Source: Anolis carolinensis
Lineage: Eukaryota
Length of the DNA stretch: 64,000 bases
Direction: 5' to 3'
NCBI RefSeq assembly: GCF_035594765.1
Contig: NC_085841.1
Coordinates: 88,645,574-88,709,573, forward strand
Shown here: piece by piece, positions 38,437-52,676 of the stretch
How positions within the stretch are numbered: the first letter of the stretch is position 1
Layout: every line of letters starts with the position of its first letter
The notes under the pieces: model-generated
The model's input: the letters and a program-made list of their open reading frames with translations, nothing else
Told to the model about the DNA's origin: nothing
The model's database searches: none
Position numbers and translations under genes: made by a program

Positions 38437-41400
38437 CTACAGCCAAACAAGAACAGATGTCATCCTAATGTTGGCAGGACATGAAATGTATATAAAACAA
38501 AATGAAAATACATGCCATATATACTTACTAAGGAAAATCTGAAACTGGTCATCTTTTTGCAACTGATAGCACTAAAATGTACATACCATCTATCTCCTAT
38601 AGCATGTTATATTAGGTCATACTGATTAAAATGAGGGTATAAAAGATCAAATTCTGGTACATGTAACTACATATATAGTGGTATTCACTTTCTAGTATGG
38701 TACAAAGCCAGATTAGCCTGATTTACTAGCTGTAAATTCTTCATCTTGGGTCTTGACAAGTCTTATGAATGCCAAAGCTTTATGATGAGAAAGAGGAAGA
38801 ACCTCTTTTCTCTGTCTAACTATAGCAGAAAAATGCAATGGATTCTTCTGTATTAATTGAGCATAAGTTCAGATAAAAAATAAATAAATTCTCAACTACC
38901 TATTTATACAACAATATGATTACAGTAAGAAAGCCATGATTAGTTTGTAATCTACTAAGGGTGCCTTGACTCGGAGAATTAACCAATCAAATTGATTCCC
39001 TGCAAAAAATATTACCTAAGGTATTACCAAACATTCAATAATATTACCAGACTTGGAAAAACAGAAAAATGTCACCATTTGCTGCATTGCTATGTTTTCT
39101 TGACTATTATTCAATTGCTATATGGATGGAGTCATATTAAGATGCTCATGATGCAGCATTTCCACAGAGTAAGCTGTAGAGATAAAGGGTGTTCACATTT
39201 CCTGATTGAGTGGTTTCTAATAAAGCTAAGAACTTTGCTTTTTATACAAGTTACAGCTGGAATCTAACCCCAAAACCACCAATAGGAGACTTCAGCAAGT
39301 ACTTAAAATATACTGACACTCTAATCACTTGACATTTTAAGCCCAACACCTTAATCTCATGATGTTTGAACTTGTACAATGTTTTATTATTTTAATAGGC
39401 TGTTTTTCTCATAGCAAATATCTCTCAGCATACTTACTAATTTATTGTCCATCTATTATTGGCTTCAGGTGTACTTAGGTCCCTCTGAAATCAATTAATG
39501 TAATTTGCCCCCAATCAGTATGATATTGAGTAATTAAAAATGTCAGTCAGCCTTCCCAAACCTGATTCCTCTTAATATTTTACACTACAACTCTCATTTG
39601 CTCCAGACAACATTACTAGTGGGCTGGGAGGTCATAGTTCAAAGCATTTACACAGACTCTGGGTGGAAAAGAAAACTGATTTATAATATTGAAATAGTTG
39701 GATAATGAATAAACCATTAAAAATTCATTCCAAATGAAGTCTTTACTTTTCTGCCTGCTTTAACACAATATTAAGTATTTACCAGTATCAATTGGGTGGG
39801 AGGGATAAAAAGTGGTTTTTTCAAAAGTATAAAGGCCAGTCAAATGTTGGATTTAGTCCAACAAAATTGATCAAGGGATTCATGCATACAGTTATAGCAA
39901 CGAATGGTGACGTCTGAAATCTATGGGCTATCATGTTCCAAAGACTATGAATGCAAATAGGCCTTCACCAAGAATTTCCCCTTATAGTGAATAGTGAGTG
40001 CTCCCTACAAGATGCAATCCTAAACCACTTAGAAATGGCTTCAATTATAGACAAGATCAAGCAATCATTGAGGCTTTTCTTTTTTTAAAGCCTGTCTTGA
40101 AGATAATTTCATCTTCAGCTCTATTATATACAAAACTGTGATGTTTTTTATAAATAAAAGTCATTTCTGAAATAAAAATCAAATAAATTTGGGATGGTGG
40201 TTTGATGCCTTCATTTTACTTTATTTTAAGAAATACCAACATTTAGGAATGTGCAGTGGTAACAAAAATCCAGCTATCATCTTAGCTGGCTAATGCAAAT
40301 GAATCTGCCAGTGAGGGAAAGGAAGAAAATAAAATAAAAATAAAAAGATTTCCTAGTGTAATTTGAGAGCAAGACTTCTGCTTTGCAAGTTTCCAATCCT
40401 GAATTTGATTCTTTAACGAACAGCAAAAATTGAATGCAACAAAGTAAAGACACAGTCCCTCTCATTTCACAGCTTCAGGGCAAGCTTCATGGAAGCCTGC
40501 CAAGAAATATGCAAAAAAGAAAATCTAGTTGTAATAGGGAAAAATAAATATGAAGTAAATGCAAACACAAGGATGTGAATATATTGAAAAGGTTCTGCTG
40601 TCAACTCAGCTAATGACAAAAAGCAAAGAATCTAAGTATACATTAAATATCCATCTATCTTTAATGTCTTTTTTAATTATATGTTTTTACTCCAGATACA
40701 GGCCCCCCCTATACAGCTGTCTGCTGAGGAAAATGTTCAAAGCTCCATCCATGTCAATGCCTCCAAGAGAGAAACAGAGAGATGGGAGCTGCAAATTTAC
40801 TCATAGTTTGATTTTTCAGATCCATGGCTTTTTAAATGACATCTTTAAAGAACAAGTCATGAGGCACCATAACTAGTGAATTATTAATCAGCCCTGATGC
40901 AGGTTCTGAATACAGAATCTGAAAGGCTCCTAAATCTAAAAAATATGTCATGAAATCAACTTCATAGAAAGATTTCTGGGGCACCTCTATGATACAAGTC
41001 ATCAGTGAGAAATAATTGTGTGGAAAGTACATTTCATGAAACATCTAATTTTTACCAATACTGACATTCTTCTGCTTAGATTCAGGTAACCTGAGTACTT
41101 GGGAAGCACAGAAAATGGTATACTGTTTCACACCTATGTTGTTATAGGGTTAGTCTACACTGGCTGCTAAATCCGGAGCCAGTCTGGAGCAGAAATGCTA
41201 TAGACTGGTCCCAGAGGCACCTACATGTACCTGGCTGATCCACTGCTGCCCAGCTGGACTTTGCTGGACCATCACCTCACCATCAGTGTTGTTAATGCCA
41301 CTCTGAGCCAGTCACAGAGCTCTGTATGAGCTTCTGGCTATGGTAGATGCCACATTCTGAAATCAGCAGAGATATCTGAGTGACCAGGAAAATGAAGGAG

Positions 41401-42776
41401 AACACATAGCTGGGATCGACAGAAGCAACATGGGCACAGTCCAGTCACTTTATCTGTGCTGATGATCACAGAGAAAAGGGGATGGCACCAGTGTCCCATC
41501 TGGACAATGAATTCGTCTGAATAAGATCTGATCCCGCTATTCAGGTTGCCCTCAAATTCAATGCTCAGTACCACAAAATCAGCTTAATATGGAAACTCTT
41601 GCAATACCCATTGGAATCTGGTGGACATTGTTGGAACAGCCAGAATTGAATTCAAGATGAGTCCAGGTTTTCCTGCCCATGTAGAGCTGCCTATAGTTAA
41701 CAATATGTTTCCCCAACAATGATTGTTTTTGTATTTAGCCCTAATTATCTGTTTTCATTCATTTTTCCTTAAATTTGTGTACTTTGTCCTCCTCATTTGA
41801 GAAAGACTTTAAAGCAAGGATGGGCAACAGTGGTGTCAAAAACAGAATAAAAATGGCCAGCAGACCAGTTCTGTTTCTGAAAAGACTTTTTAAGATGTTA
41901 TACAGAACGGGGGGGGGGGGGGGGAGAAGTCAATCTATGTAAAGACAAATTACCATCCATAAGGTTTCCACAAGAGGCAACTGATTTTGTGGGACATGTC
42001 TGGAAGGTCAAAAGCCAGAATATGGCCCTGGGATCTGCATGTGATTCTAAGGCTTTACCTTTGTTGACCCTGATACAGAGTAGCAATGTAACTCTTCATA
42101 AATTTATTCTCACAGACAAGAGTGAAGAATTTCACATTTTTATCTTTATTCCAAGACAGTATTCTAAAACCTTTTCAAGTATTATTAACAGTTTGAGACA
42201 ATTCTATGGAAAGAAAAAAACTCCCTTCTTGCACTTAAAATAGTATTCTGCACAAAACTATCATTTTCTACATGCACAAATACCCACATATACAATATCT
42301 GTGTGCATTTTCCATACAAAAATTGTAAGAAATATTGCCTGTCTAGGATTCTCCTAGGTGTTTCAAGAATTGAGAAACTATTTTTCAAACATTTCTCAAA
42401 TCTTTGGGAATATTCTATCTTACAGGAAAGGCTGAAGGATTGTAGGCCAGAGGATGAGCACATACTTTCTGAGGAAGATGAGGATAATTTGTGGCATCTC
42501 CAGGCAGAGCTGGAAAAATATCACTTATATTTCATACATTTACAGTACACCAGTAGTAGAATAACAAATACCCATGTCCATGGGGTTACTCATAGACAAC
42601 TTACAACTAATCAGGCAGTGTGTAAGGAAGCCTGAACTCCCAGGCTTGGATAATGTGACATTTACTATATGTAATACCATGCAAATCACTCCATGTCCCA
42701 TTTGACAGACACTCATGAGATGTGCCTATAGGGAATGAATGCATTCTGACAGTAGAAGCAAGACTCGAGGACTTAC

Positions 42777-42988
42777 GTTGACAGTTCTTCACATCAAGAG
42801 CATCTCCGAAATACCCATCAGCACACTTTTCACAGTACTGGCCTGTTGTACCTGGCTTACATATCAGACAAGCTCCAGACAAGCTGTCACAGCTGCCAGG
42901 AATGGAGAAGTCAAGGTTGTCATTACATCGGCAAGGCTGGCATGATCCCCCCGGTATTAAAGGTTGTCCGAAATAGCCTTCTGCACAC
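42777..42988 (-). CDS. LAMA2: Laminin alpha-2 coding exon (exon 19 equivalent, 212 nt)
   Basis: tcctag|G TGT GCA ... TGT CAA C|gtaagt; CAEGYFGQPLIPGGSCQPCRCNDNLDFSIPGSCDSLSGACLICKPGTTGQYCEKCADGYFGDALDVKNCQ. Confidence 0.97.
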
Positions 42989-43810
42989 CTAGGACAACAA
43001 ACAGAAACCCTTAAGAGTACATACACTGGCCTGCTGCAATTATAGAAAAATATATACAATTTCATTTTCCTATGAATCACTAAACAAAGCTTTATTTTCT
43101 GTCTCAAGCATTTCTCAGATCTTCCTCCCACCTCTTTTCCATTTTTCCTTTTAGCTTCTTGAACAGTGATGTAGATTCATTACTCACTGAAATCCTGCCA
43201 GTTCCACTAGTTATTACATTTGTGTGTGTTAGTATGGGGGTGCTGGAGGGGAAAGCAGGGAGGGACCTGGTCATTGGAACTGCAGATGAGATAAAAGCAT
43301 ATTAAGAAATGTGTCCATTCATATTCTAGAGAAAATCAGGTTCATGCTGAGAACTCTTTGTGTAACTCTCCAAAAACAATGTTCTTCTCCTATGCTAACC
43401 AATCATGAAGGCTGACATTCTAGTGCTGTGCATAAACAGCCTCTTTAGAATGGAAATCAAACATTCCTTCCTAAAATGACAAAGAAATATAACACATGCA
43501 TAATAAAGAAGAAAATACCTGTCTGCCACAAAAGGGTGTGTTGAATTATACATGCACACAATTTAATGCAAGAAACGCTTACTTCATTCTGAGCAAAATC
43601 CTATACATAGCTTCTGAGATGTAAATCCCACTGAATTCAACAAGATTTACACCCAGGTTAAGTATGTATAGATGGATGGATATCATGTTCTAGCTTGAGA
43701 TTGAAGACCACTACAAAGAACACACAAGATACAAAAATCCAAGCAGATAAAAATCAAATATCTTTGTATTTGATTTTTATCAAATATCAAATATCTTTTG
43801 GTATGGATAC

Positions 43811-45120
43811 TGTCAAGAGTCAGACGCCAATTAACAAACAAAACAGAGTTTATTCAGGAGATAGGCCAAAAAGTAAACATAAACACAGAAGATAGCTTTA
43901 AACACGTAACTATCAGTGTTTAAAAAGCAGTCCAAACAAAAATATATATCAAAAGTATGTTTTAGCAAGCCAACCGGATTATCCACGCAAGTATATAGAT
44001 AAAACTAAAAAGATGCTTCAATTCAGCTTCAAAAACAAATTGAGTTGGCTTATAAAAATAGACAAAACAAACAAGGACTTGGAACCTTCCAAAAACCTTC
44101 CAAGAGCTACAATTAGTAGCTTAAATCCGGAACAGGAAAATAAAGCCAAGGAAAAACAAACTTAGAGCTGGTGCAAAAGGCACTTTGGGTCCAAGCCCTT
44201 ACTGTGGCAGCCACCCGGCTCTGTGGAATTAAAGGGACAGTTCCCAAAAGAATCTCCAAACTGGTCTAAGAACAAATAAACAAGAACTGCAGCAAACTGC
44301 TTCAACGATGCCGATAATGCCAGAAGCTCCAAAGGAAAGGCGAAGAGACGTCGTCAGGGATATCCAGGGTCAGAGCAGGAGACAGCAGCAAGGTCAGGAG
44401 GGCAAGCCAGTGGTCAAGAGCCATCAAAGGGCGAAGGCAGAAGCAAAGTCGAGTTACAATCCAGGGTCCAAAAGGGTGCAGTCATCAAAACCATGTCCAC
44501 GAAATGGCACAAAGAGCCAAGGCAACGATGGTAACAGCAGATCAGAAGCAAAGTCCCAGTCCAGTCTTCTTGAATGAACAGAAATCCCAATGGCGCCTCA
44601 GCAAAACCTTGCCACACGCAAAGTGAAGTGACCAAACATTCCCAATTTATTCCCCTTCCTCTTGGGTGTCCAAACACTCACACCCAAACAACAGGTGTCC
44701 CAGATCTTACTCAGAATCAGAACTCCACACAGCTAGAGCTCGTGGATCAGGAGTGCCTAATTGCTCGTCGGAGTTCCAATCATCCTGCCCATACTCAACC
44801 CCATGCACACTTAAAGAACCATCCTCCCTTCTCCAAGCATCCCAAGTGGGATCTGCTCCTGAAGATACCCCAGGTTCAGTAGTATCCATAGGCCCCAATT
44901 CCCCAGACATCTCCGGTGGCTGTGCCCATTCAGTGCCCACTTCCCCAGCCACCACCTGTTCACCAGCATCCATTTCTTCCCCAAACTCCCCATCTGAATC
45001 TTCCTCAGAAGATTCCCCATTGAGCTCTCTAATCCGTTTCCTGCGCAACTCCTCCAATGAGCCCTTCCTCTTCTAATCCCACCACCATCATCCATAATCC
45101 CCGAAGGCGCAGTCACAACA
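43811..45120 (-). mobile_element. Solo LTR (third family), 1310 bp
   Basis: TGTTGTGACT...TTGACA termini on the minus strand, perfect 5-bp TSD gatac, AATAAA at 43849-43854; acidic 116-aa ORF near the 5' end. Confidence 0.88.
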
Positions 45121-46231
45121 GATACATTATAAAGGAATAATATGACATCATCAAGCACATTGCTACATCACAGAAAGCTTTTTAAAAAAAACAATATTCA
45201 TTTATTCCTTACTTTCATGGGTTCATTTTGTTGTTCATTCTTTCATTTGGGCTTTTATCTTGCATTTGATAATATTGGCAGAAATGTACAAAGCCAAACT
45301 TGGGAAAAATACCCCATGAATTTGTAAGCTAATCATAAAGTATACTTCTCTTAATGACAATCTACTTTGATTAAAAATATTCCCATCTCTTTATATACTA
45401 CTAACTAAAGTTCACATAAACATCCCCTTCTAGTCCTCTCCAGGGCATTTGGAATTATATTCTACTAATGTATACAATGAATCCTGAATATCTTTTGAAT
45501 GTAGTGATGGGTTGTGTCAGTCCATTTTCCTACTGTAATTGTTTATGTGCCACCATGTTGCTCCTTTCCTTTCTCTCTCTAAATATTCAGGAAAACTCTC
45601 AAAGTTATCTACTTTAATTACATCACTCTCTTTCCATTAGGAAATCTGATGTCATGACTCTCTTTTGAGCCAATGCCTTGGAAAAGTGCATACAGAAAAA
45701 GTAAGTACTAACAAAAAATATCTATATTAATAGAAAATGCAGCTTTTTAAAAAAGAAGTCTGACTCCCATGAATAATTGCAAGGAAGACAGAATGAAAAA
45801 ACACTTTTCAGAAAAGTTTCAAAAGACATTTTACATAATTTTCTTGTCCGTCTTAGCTGTAGCAATATCCTGGAGAAATATCCACAGTATCTCTCTGGCA
45901 GATACATCTATACTGTGACAGCTATAAAGCCATTTTCTCCCCAGGGTACATCAAGTCAAATTACGACCCTTAGGTTACAGACACACAGCATGGAATCACA
46001 AAGCATCAGGTTATGCTTTTCAAAGTGAATTACTTGTGGAAGTAGTTATTACTCAACGTGAAAAGAGGAAATCATTAAGACTGTGCATACATGTATGCTA
46101 TTTTTGAAACAAGTGAATAACACTTAAATGCCTAGATATAAGGAAAGTGTTTGATGCATCAAATCTAATACTTTGGTTTCATATATATGTGAAAAGCCTT
46201 TTGAGGAAGAGGAAGGAGAAGTGGTTAGATG

Positions 46232-46603
46232 CAGGGATGGATTAAGACCATTAGAGGTACTGAACACTTAAAAGTTTTTGGCACCCTTATATATATCTAA
46301 TTCAAAATATAAACAATAATCAAGTGTAAAATAAAATTGTATTTTTTGAAATAAAAAAATTACAGTAAGTTGGGAAATGATGTTTATTTTTGTATACTTC
46401 CACTTTATTTATATTTGAAAAGTTTTCTCCCGCCTTTTCTAATTGGGGGAGTTTCTGTTTGTGGAACTTGGTTCAGCTGCACCATTTGCAGTTTTGCACC
46501 ATATAGTCCATGGTAAATCCGGCAAATGAAAATTTCTGTGGTGCCTGCCTTCCCTTTATACCCTAACACCTGCTTATTTAGCTTAATGGTTAATCCAGCC
46601 CTG
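46232..46603. mobile_element. Non-autonomous hAT-like element
   Basis: cagggatggattaagaccatta ... taatggttaatccagccctg TIRs; imperfect 8-bp TSD gttagatg/ggtggatg. Confidence 0.65.
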
Positions 46604-48477
46604 GGTGGATGGGAGGAAAAATTGGAATTTAACATAGCAGTAAAGACTCATTACAAGAACATGTCTAAAGCTCTTTGTCATAGAATCCAGAAGGAATCCA
46701 TTTCATTTTTATGTCCTTTAACAGCATCCACTTCCTCACTGCTCCCATTTTCTCTGTTCAGAAAATTCAGATTCCTCTGTGTTTCTCAGTGCTATGATAA
46801 AATTAATAAGCCTCTTGTTCCCTTCCAAAAGAATGTCTAGCCTCATTCCTTACATTTGAAGCTCTCTGAATTCAAGGGTCACTTTACTTGCTGAGCATAT
46901 GCTGGCCCACAAATTCCCAGCTCATCTCGGGTCCTCAGATGTGCTTGTTCTGAGAGAAGAAGATGAGTCAGTGACTAAAAAGGAGAGATAAGAATTGGAT
47001 TCTGCCAAAGGCAGAGAGACCAAGAGCCTCAAATGTGAGGACTAGGACAAGAAATTGAAAGCAACAAGGAGCCAGTTGAGAGTTGTAAAGAGAAGGATGA
47101 TATTAATGGAAGAAAGGAGAAGCATTCTAACTTTATTGAACAGAGCACAGATAGACAAAGCAGGATAACAGCAATTAGGTGACTGCACAACACACTAGAG
47201 GGATGGGGTATATAGATTAATGGATGAGGATAAGGGTTATGAGATAGATGCAAAAGATTAAAGAAGTTGAGCAGAAACTTCAACAAAACAAATATAATGA
47301 CCGTCCAAAACCCAATCCACAGACAAATCAATAGAATAATGATTCTGACAATAACAACAAAACAGTCTATAAAACATCTTAATTTACTAACACTATATAA
47401 AAACAAAAGAGACTTTATTGCCAGTTCCTATTGTGAGAAATCATGAGATGATAAAAGACAAACCTGAGTGTACAACATTTTGTGATCATTTTGGAACAGT
47501 TAAATTAATAGCTACATGTGGCTCAGAGCATTTTCTAAAGGCTAAATTAAGAAGAGATTCCTTGCACATTCCCGAAGCAATTACTCATTTAGATTTAATA
47601 ATGTATAAAGAAAGCGTACTAAAAGATGGTGTGTTTGTTATAATCAATAGCCCCGGGCAACTTGTGACAATTAAAAGAAACACTTACTCAATTTATTTTC
47701 TTATTCCTAGTTTATGGATTATACCCCGCTCAAGAAATATTACTGGTTGATAATGAGAGCTGTTTCTGAACTTGACTATTGACCAACTGTCACAAAAGTA
47801 AAATCAGCTAATTCATTCTTACATTCACAAACTTCACAGCCATCAAGTCAGAGAGACTGAAGATGACATGCAAGCTAGACAAGAAAAGGCAGAGACAAAA
47901 AGCAGAGGCAGCAACAAGTTGGTGAATGCTTAAGACCTTTCTGTGACAGGTGCTTTTAGCCAAATATAACACCATTTAGACACATAAGGAAACAGCTGGT
48001 TCAATTATAGTTCTGCGCAGGCCTTTGAAAGGAGGAGTTGTGTGTAATCACACAACCAGGTCAACACAACTGAGAAAGACCTCTCCTGTTTCCTCTCTTA
48101 ATGTTCTGCTCTAAGTATGCTGAATACAGTATATTGAGTCTTTACCTTCATTGCTCAACGAGTGTTCAGGCAGATGTCCTGGTAATTACTCCCAATATGA
48201 TTAAATGTCTTTCTTTTCTAAAATCTTCCTTAGTCTCATCCACTGAAAGCAGTACCCTGAATTTGGCTCTCAGGCCAGGAGATTACTTTTAAGAGGAATG
48301 AACCTAAAGATATAATTGAGAGTTGCAGGATGAGGCTTTAGGGTATCCTCCTACTGCAGATCAATTATAAATGGAAAAATCAATCAACATAGATACTTCC
48401 CATGATATCACCTCTTTTTACTCTATTGAAACTGTGTTGTAGAGTTGATATATTAATCTGCTGTGATTGTTATGTAT

Positions 48478-50085
48478 TTTAGCCAGAAGAGAAAAAAAAC
48501 TATTTTTAAACAAGCAATGCATGGAAGTGGAAGAAGACAACAGAATAGGAAGGATGAGAGACCTCTTCCAGAAAATCAGAAACATCGGAGGCAAATTTCA
48601 GGCAAAAATGGGCATGATCAAAAACAAAGATGGGAGGGACCTAATAGAAGCTGAAGAGATCAAGAAAAGGTGGCAAGAATATACAGAACATCTGTATAGG
48701 AAGGATAATAATATAGAGGATAGCTCTGACGGTGTGGTGAGTGAATTAGAGCCAGACATCCTGAGGAGTGAGGTTGAATGGGCCTTAAGAAGCATTGCTA
48801 ACAACAAGGCAGCAGGAGACGATGGGATCCCAGCTGAACTGTTAAAAATCTTGGAAGGTGATGCTGTCAAGGTGATGCATGCCATATGCCAGCAAATATG
48901 GAAAACACGAGATTGGCCATCAGATTGGAAAAAAATCAATTTATATCCCCATACCAAAAAAGAGAAACGCTAAAGAATGCTCAAACTTCCGTACAGTGGC
49001 ACTTATTTCCCATGCCAGTAAGGTAATGCTCAAGATCTTGCAAGGCAGACTCCAGCAATACATGGAGCAAGAGTTGCCAGATGTCCAAGCTGGGCTCAGA
49101 AAAGGCAGAGGATCGAGAGACCAAATTGCCAATATCCTCTGGATAATGGAAGAAGCCAGGGAGTTTCAGAAAAACATCTACTTCTGCTTTATTGACTATT
49201 CTAAAGCCTTTGACTGTGTGGATCATAATAAACTGTGGCATGTTCTTGGTGGTATGGGGATACCAAGTCACCTTGTCTGTCTCCTGAGAAATCTGTATAA
49301 AGACCAAGCTGCCACAGTAAGAACAGACCACGGAACAACAGACTGGTTCAAGATTGGGAAAGGAGTACGGTAGGGGCTGCATACTTTCACCCTACCTATT
49401 CAACTTGTATGCAGAACACATCATGCGACATGCGGGGCTTGAAGATTCCAAGGCTGGAGTTAAAATTGCTGGAAGAAACATTAACAACTTTAGGTATGCA
49501 GATGATACTACTCTGATGGCCGAAAGTGAGGAAGAGCTGAGGAGCCTTATCACCAAGGTGAAAGAAAAAAGTGCAAAAGCTGGGTTGCAGTTAAACGTCA
49601 AGAAAACCAAGATCACGGCAACTACACCTATTGATAACTGGCAAATAGAAGGAGAAAACGTGGAGGCAGTGACAGACTTTATATTTCTAGGCGCGAAGAT
49701 CACTGCAGATGCAGACTGCAGCCAGGAAATCAGAAGTCGTTTACTTCTTGGGAGGAGAGCAATGGCCAACCTCGATAAAACAGTGAAGAGAAGAGACATC
49801 ACACTGGCAACAAAGGTCTGCATAGTCAAAGCAATGGTATTTCCCATAGTAACTTATGGTTGCGAGAGCTGGACCATAAGGAAGGCTGAACGAAGGAAGA
49901 TAGATGCTTTTGAACTTTGGTGCTGAAGGAAAATCCGGAGAGTGCCTTGGACCACAAGAAGATCCAACCAGGATATTAGAGGCAAAGTTGAAGTATTTTG
50001 GCCACATCATGAGAAGACAGGAAAGCTTGGAAAAGATAACGATGCTGGGGAAAATGGAAGGAAAAAGGAAGAGAGGCCGACCAAG
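48478..50085 (+). mobile_element. RTE-BovB LINE fragment (RT), truncated at both ends
   Basis: KAAGDDGIPAEL, NFRTVALISHASKVMLKIL, FIDYSKAFDCVDH, GCILSPYLFNLY, RYADDTTL, YGCESWT, LKYFGHIMRR, GKRKRGRP; frameshifts and an internal deletion near 49970. Confidence 0.93.
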
Positions 50086-50132
50086 TGAGATTCCTCTGTG
50101 TTTCTCAGTGCTATGATAAAATAGTCAATCCA

Positions 50133-50133
<1 letters not shown>

Positions 50134-50192
<59 letters not shown>
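50134..50192. repeat. (ATT)n microsatellite
   Basis: About 19 perfect ATT units. Confidence 0.98.
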
Positions 50193-52676
50193 GCTAGTGG
50201 TAAATCCACACTGATTCACAGCAATGGATGGAAAACACGTGTTAAAAAGTTCTGCTTATATCCCAATTGCAGCTGGAAAATGTGAATATTCCTATCACTG
50301 TATATAAGTGCACTCTGAAAAACAAGTGTTTTCCTTCCCTTCCCCCTGTGTATACTGCTCCAGTGAGAATGCACTTTTTAAAAGCCTGAAACAGCTGATC
50401 AGCTGATTGGACTGTCAAATGAACACACAAGTGGTTCAAGGGAAGCACAAGTGGAAAGCAATTATAAATTTGTATAAATCAGCACCAATTATAGTTCTTG
50501 AGGGCTCTCTTCCAGTTCCAAATATTGGATTAACGTCAGTGTTTTTAGATTGGGCTCAGGTATGATTTACTATCTAGTCCAGGATGATTACACTAGCAAC
50601 TGGTTCAAGTTTAACTCTTTAAAAGCCTCTTCTATTGGCCTCTCTTCTTCCCTCTTATCTCATTTGAGATTGTGGCATGACACTTCAGTCTATCAAACAA
50701 AGAATGAGCTGCATTTCTGCTCATATATTTCTTGTTCCTCAAGTGCACTGAGAATACATTATGCTGGACCTTTTCATGAAACCTTTTTTTTTAAAAAACT
50801 TGACTGTGGCCAAATCCCGCTACCGTACCTAGTCTCCAAGGCAAGGTGCACCATGTTCCCATCCAAAGTGCTTTGAGGCAGATTTACCGATACAATGCAA
50901 GACTTTGCCCTTGTATTAACCAGGATATTGAATGTATGTATCACATCTTATTGTCCCACGGTTTTTACAAACAGGCTCAGCTACATATTATTAATCCACT
51001 ACTGAGAAACCTTCTTGGTATATCAGCCCAATTCCAAGTGAAGTGGAAAATTTCTCTCTAAGATAGCCAGGATAAGACAACTTCCAGTATTAGACACAGG
51101 TTGAAACTTGCCTTGTATATATTTCCAGTTTATTTACCCATGTCCATATGCAACTAGAATCACACTAATTTATGAATCTACTGTGTACTTTTTCTACTGA
51201 GCAAATTGGGTCTTTGGACAGTAATAAAGATTATGATTATTAAAGTAATTAGAACTCTCTGAAACTCTTTATTTTATACTTTTTAATATTAAACACAGCT
51301 TTAATTAACAATCGTGTAAGAGCGAGATCTGACAGAAGTTTTTTTTTAAAATCCCTCCATTATGCACTGGACTTCATATGCGCATATGCGGATCTGCTTA
51401 TATTTATACTTGCATGTGCGCATATCATCCAGCACATAATGGAGTGATTTAAATAACAACCTTCTGCCGGATGTCCCCCGTCTGCCTTCCATCTTGGTCT
51501 GATACAGAGGATGGTGGGGGATCCAAACCTGAGACTGACAGTCAGGTCCCAGGATTCCCCCCCCCCCCCCAAATTTAAAATGTGGATTTTGGTGTTATTT
51601 GGAAGCACCCTTAGACAGCTGTGTTAGTGATATGCACCAGCTAAAAGATGCATTTGGGCCCAAAGAAGAGAGTGCTATGAAGAGGAACTCCTCATAGAAC
51701 TTTACAGTCAAGGAAACTGAGGCTCAGTTAAATATTAAAGTAAGGGGAAGTCAGCTGATATAAACCTCACAGCTCTACCACTTCTATTTAAATTATAGCA
51801 AGTTTTTTCTAAATTTGCTTCTGTACACATAAATTAAGATAACCAACCATGATGCAAACCATTGTCATTTTACTTGCACATCAGCAGGAAATGTCCTCTT
51901 TTTGGCTGAACCCACAGAAGAAACAAGAGACACATCAGAAGATGTTAATTATTGGTAGAGAATCCTGATGTATTTTTGACATGTGTGTACTATTTTGTGC
52001 ATCTAACAATATATTTGTCTCTTTTATTAGTTAAACCCAATGCCATTTTCTTTGATGCTATAAATGTTCTAGTGAACATTTTATGTATTTAATTTTCTGC
52101 TGCATATATGCAAGTCCAGTATAGATTCATATATTATAAAATCAGAAGACATTAAAATAGAGTGCAGTTGCTACATTTTTTTTACTAGCCTTTCACACTG
52201 ATATTTGATATTTGACAGTGCAATCTTTTCTGATCTGGCCTATTTGGGAATCCTTACCTTACCACTTCATCACACAAAGAAAGGGAAGTGTCCTAGAATG
52301 CTTCCAGGATGCTTCCTCAATGGAGCCCATCGGATGCCATCACATGACATAAGACTATTTCTGGCAAGGCTCTGTAGAGGAAGCATCCTGGCAACGTGTT
52401 AGGATGCTTACAAGAGAACACAGGAGGCTTCTCATGTTCTCATTCAGAAGAACAGGGAGAAGTTAGGCAGTGATGTTTCCCCCTGTGGAATAAGGTAAGG
52501 GGCGCAGAAGATGATTCAGGGCATGGAACAATGTTTCCCCCCACTGCCCACCAGATTCACTGCACAGAGTGGCGAATCCCCCTGCAGCCACCTGCCTTAT
52601 CAATTTAGTATGATAAGGTCCTTAATTTCCTATACCCATTCTGTCCACCAGTGTGTTTGAAGTCTATAGAAACAAA

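Noticed and set aside
48598-49847. Long antisense ORFs over BovB (and similarly over CR1)
   Set aside because: They are mirror frames of LINE coding sequence with no independent evidence.
50007-50285. Poly-Ile and poly-Tyr ORFs
   Set aside because: They are translations of the (ATT)n microsatellite.
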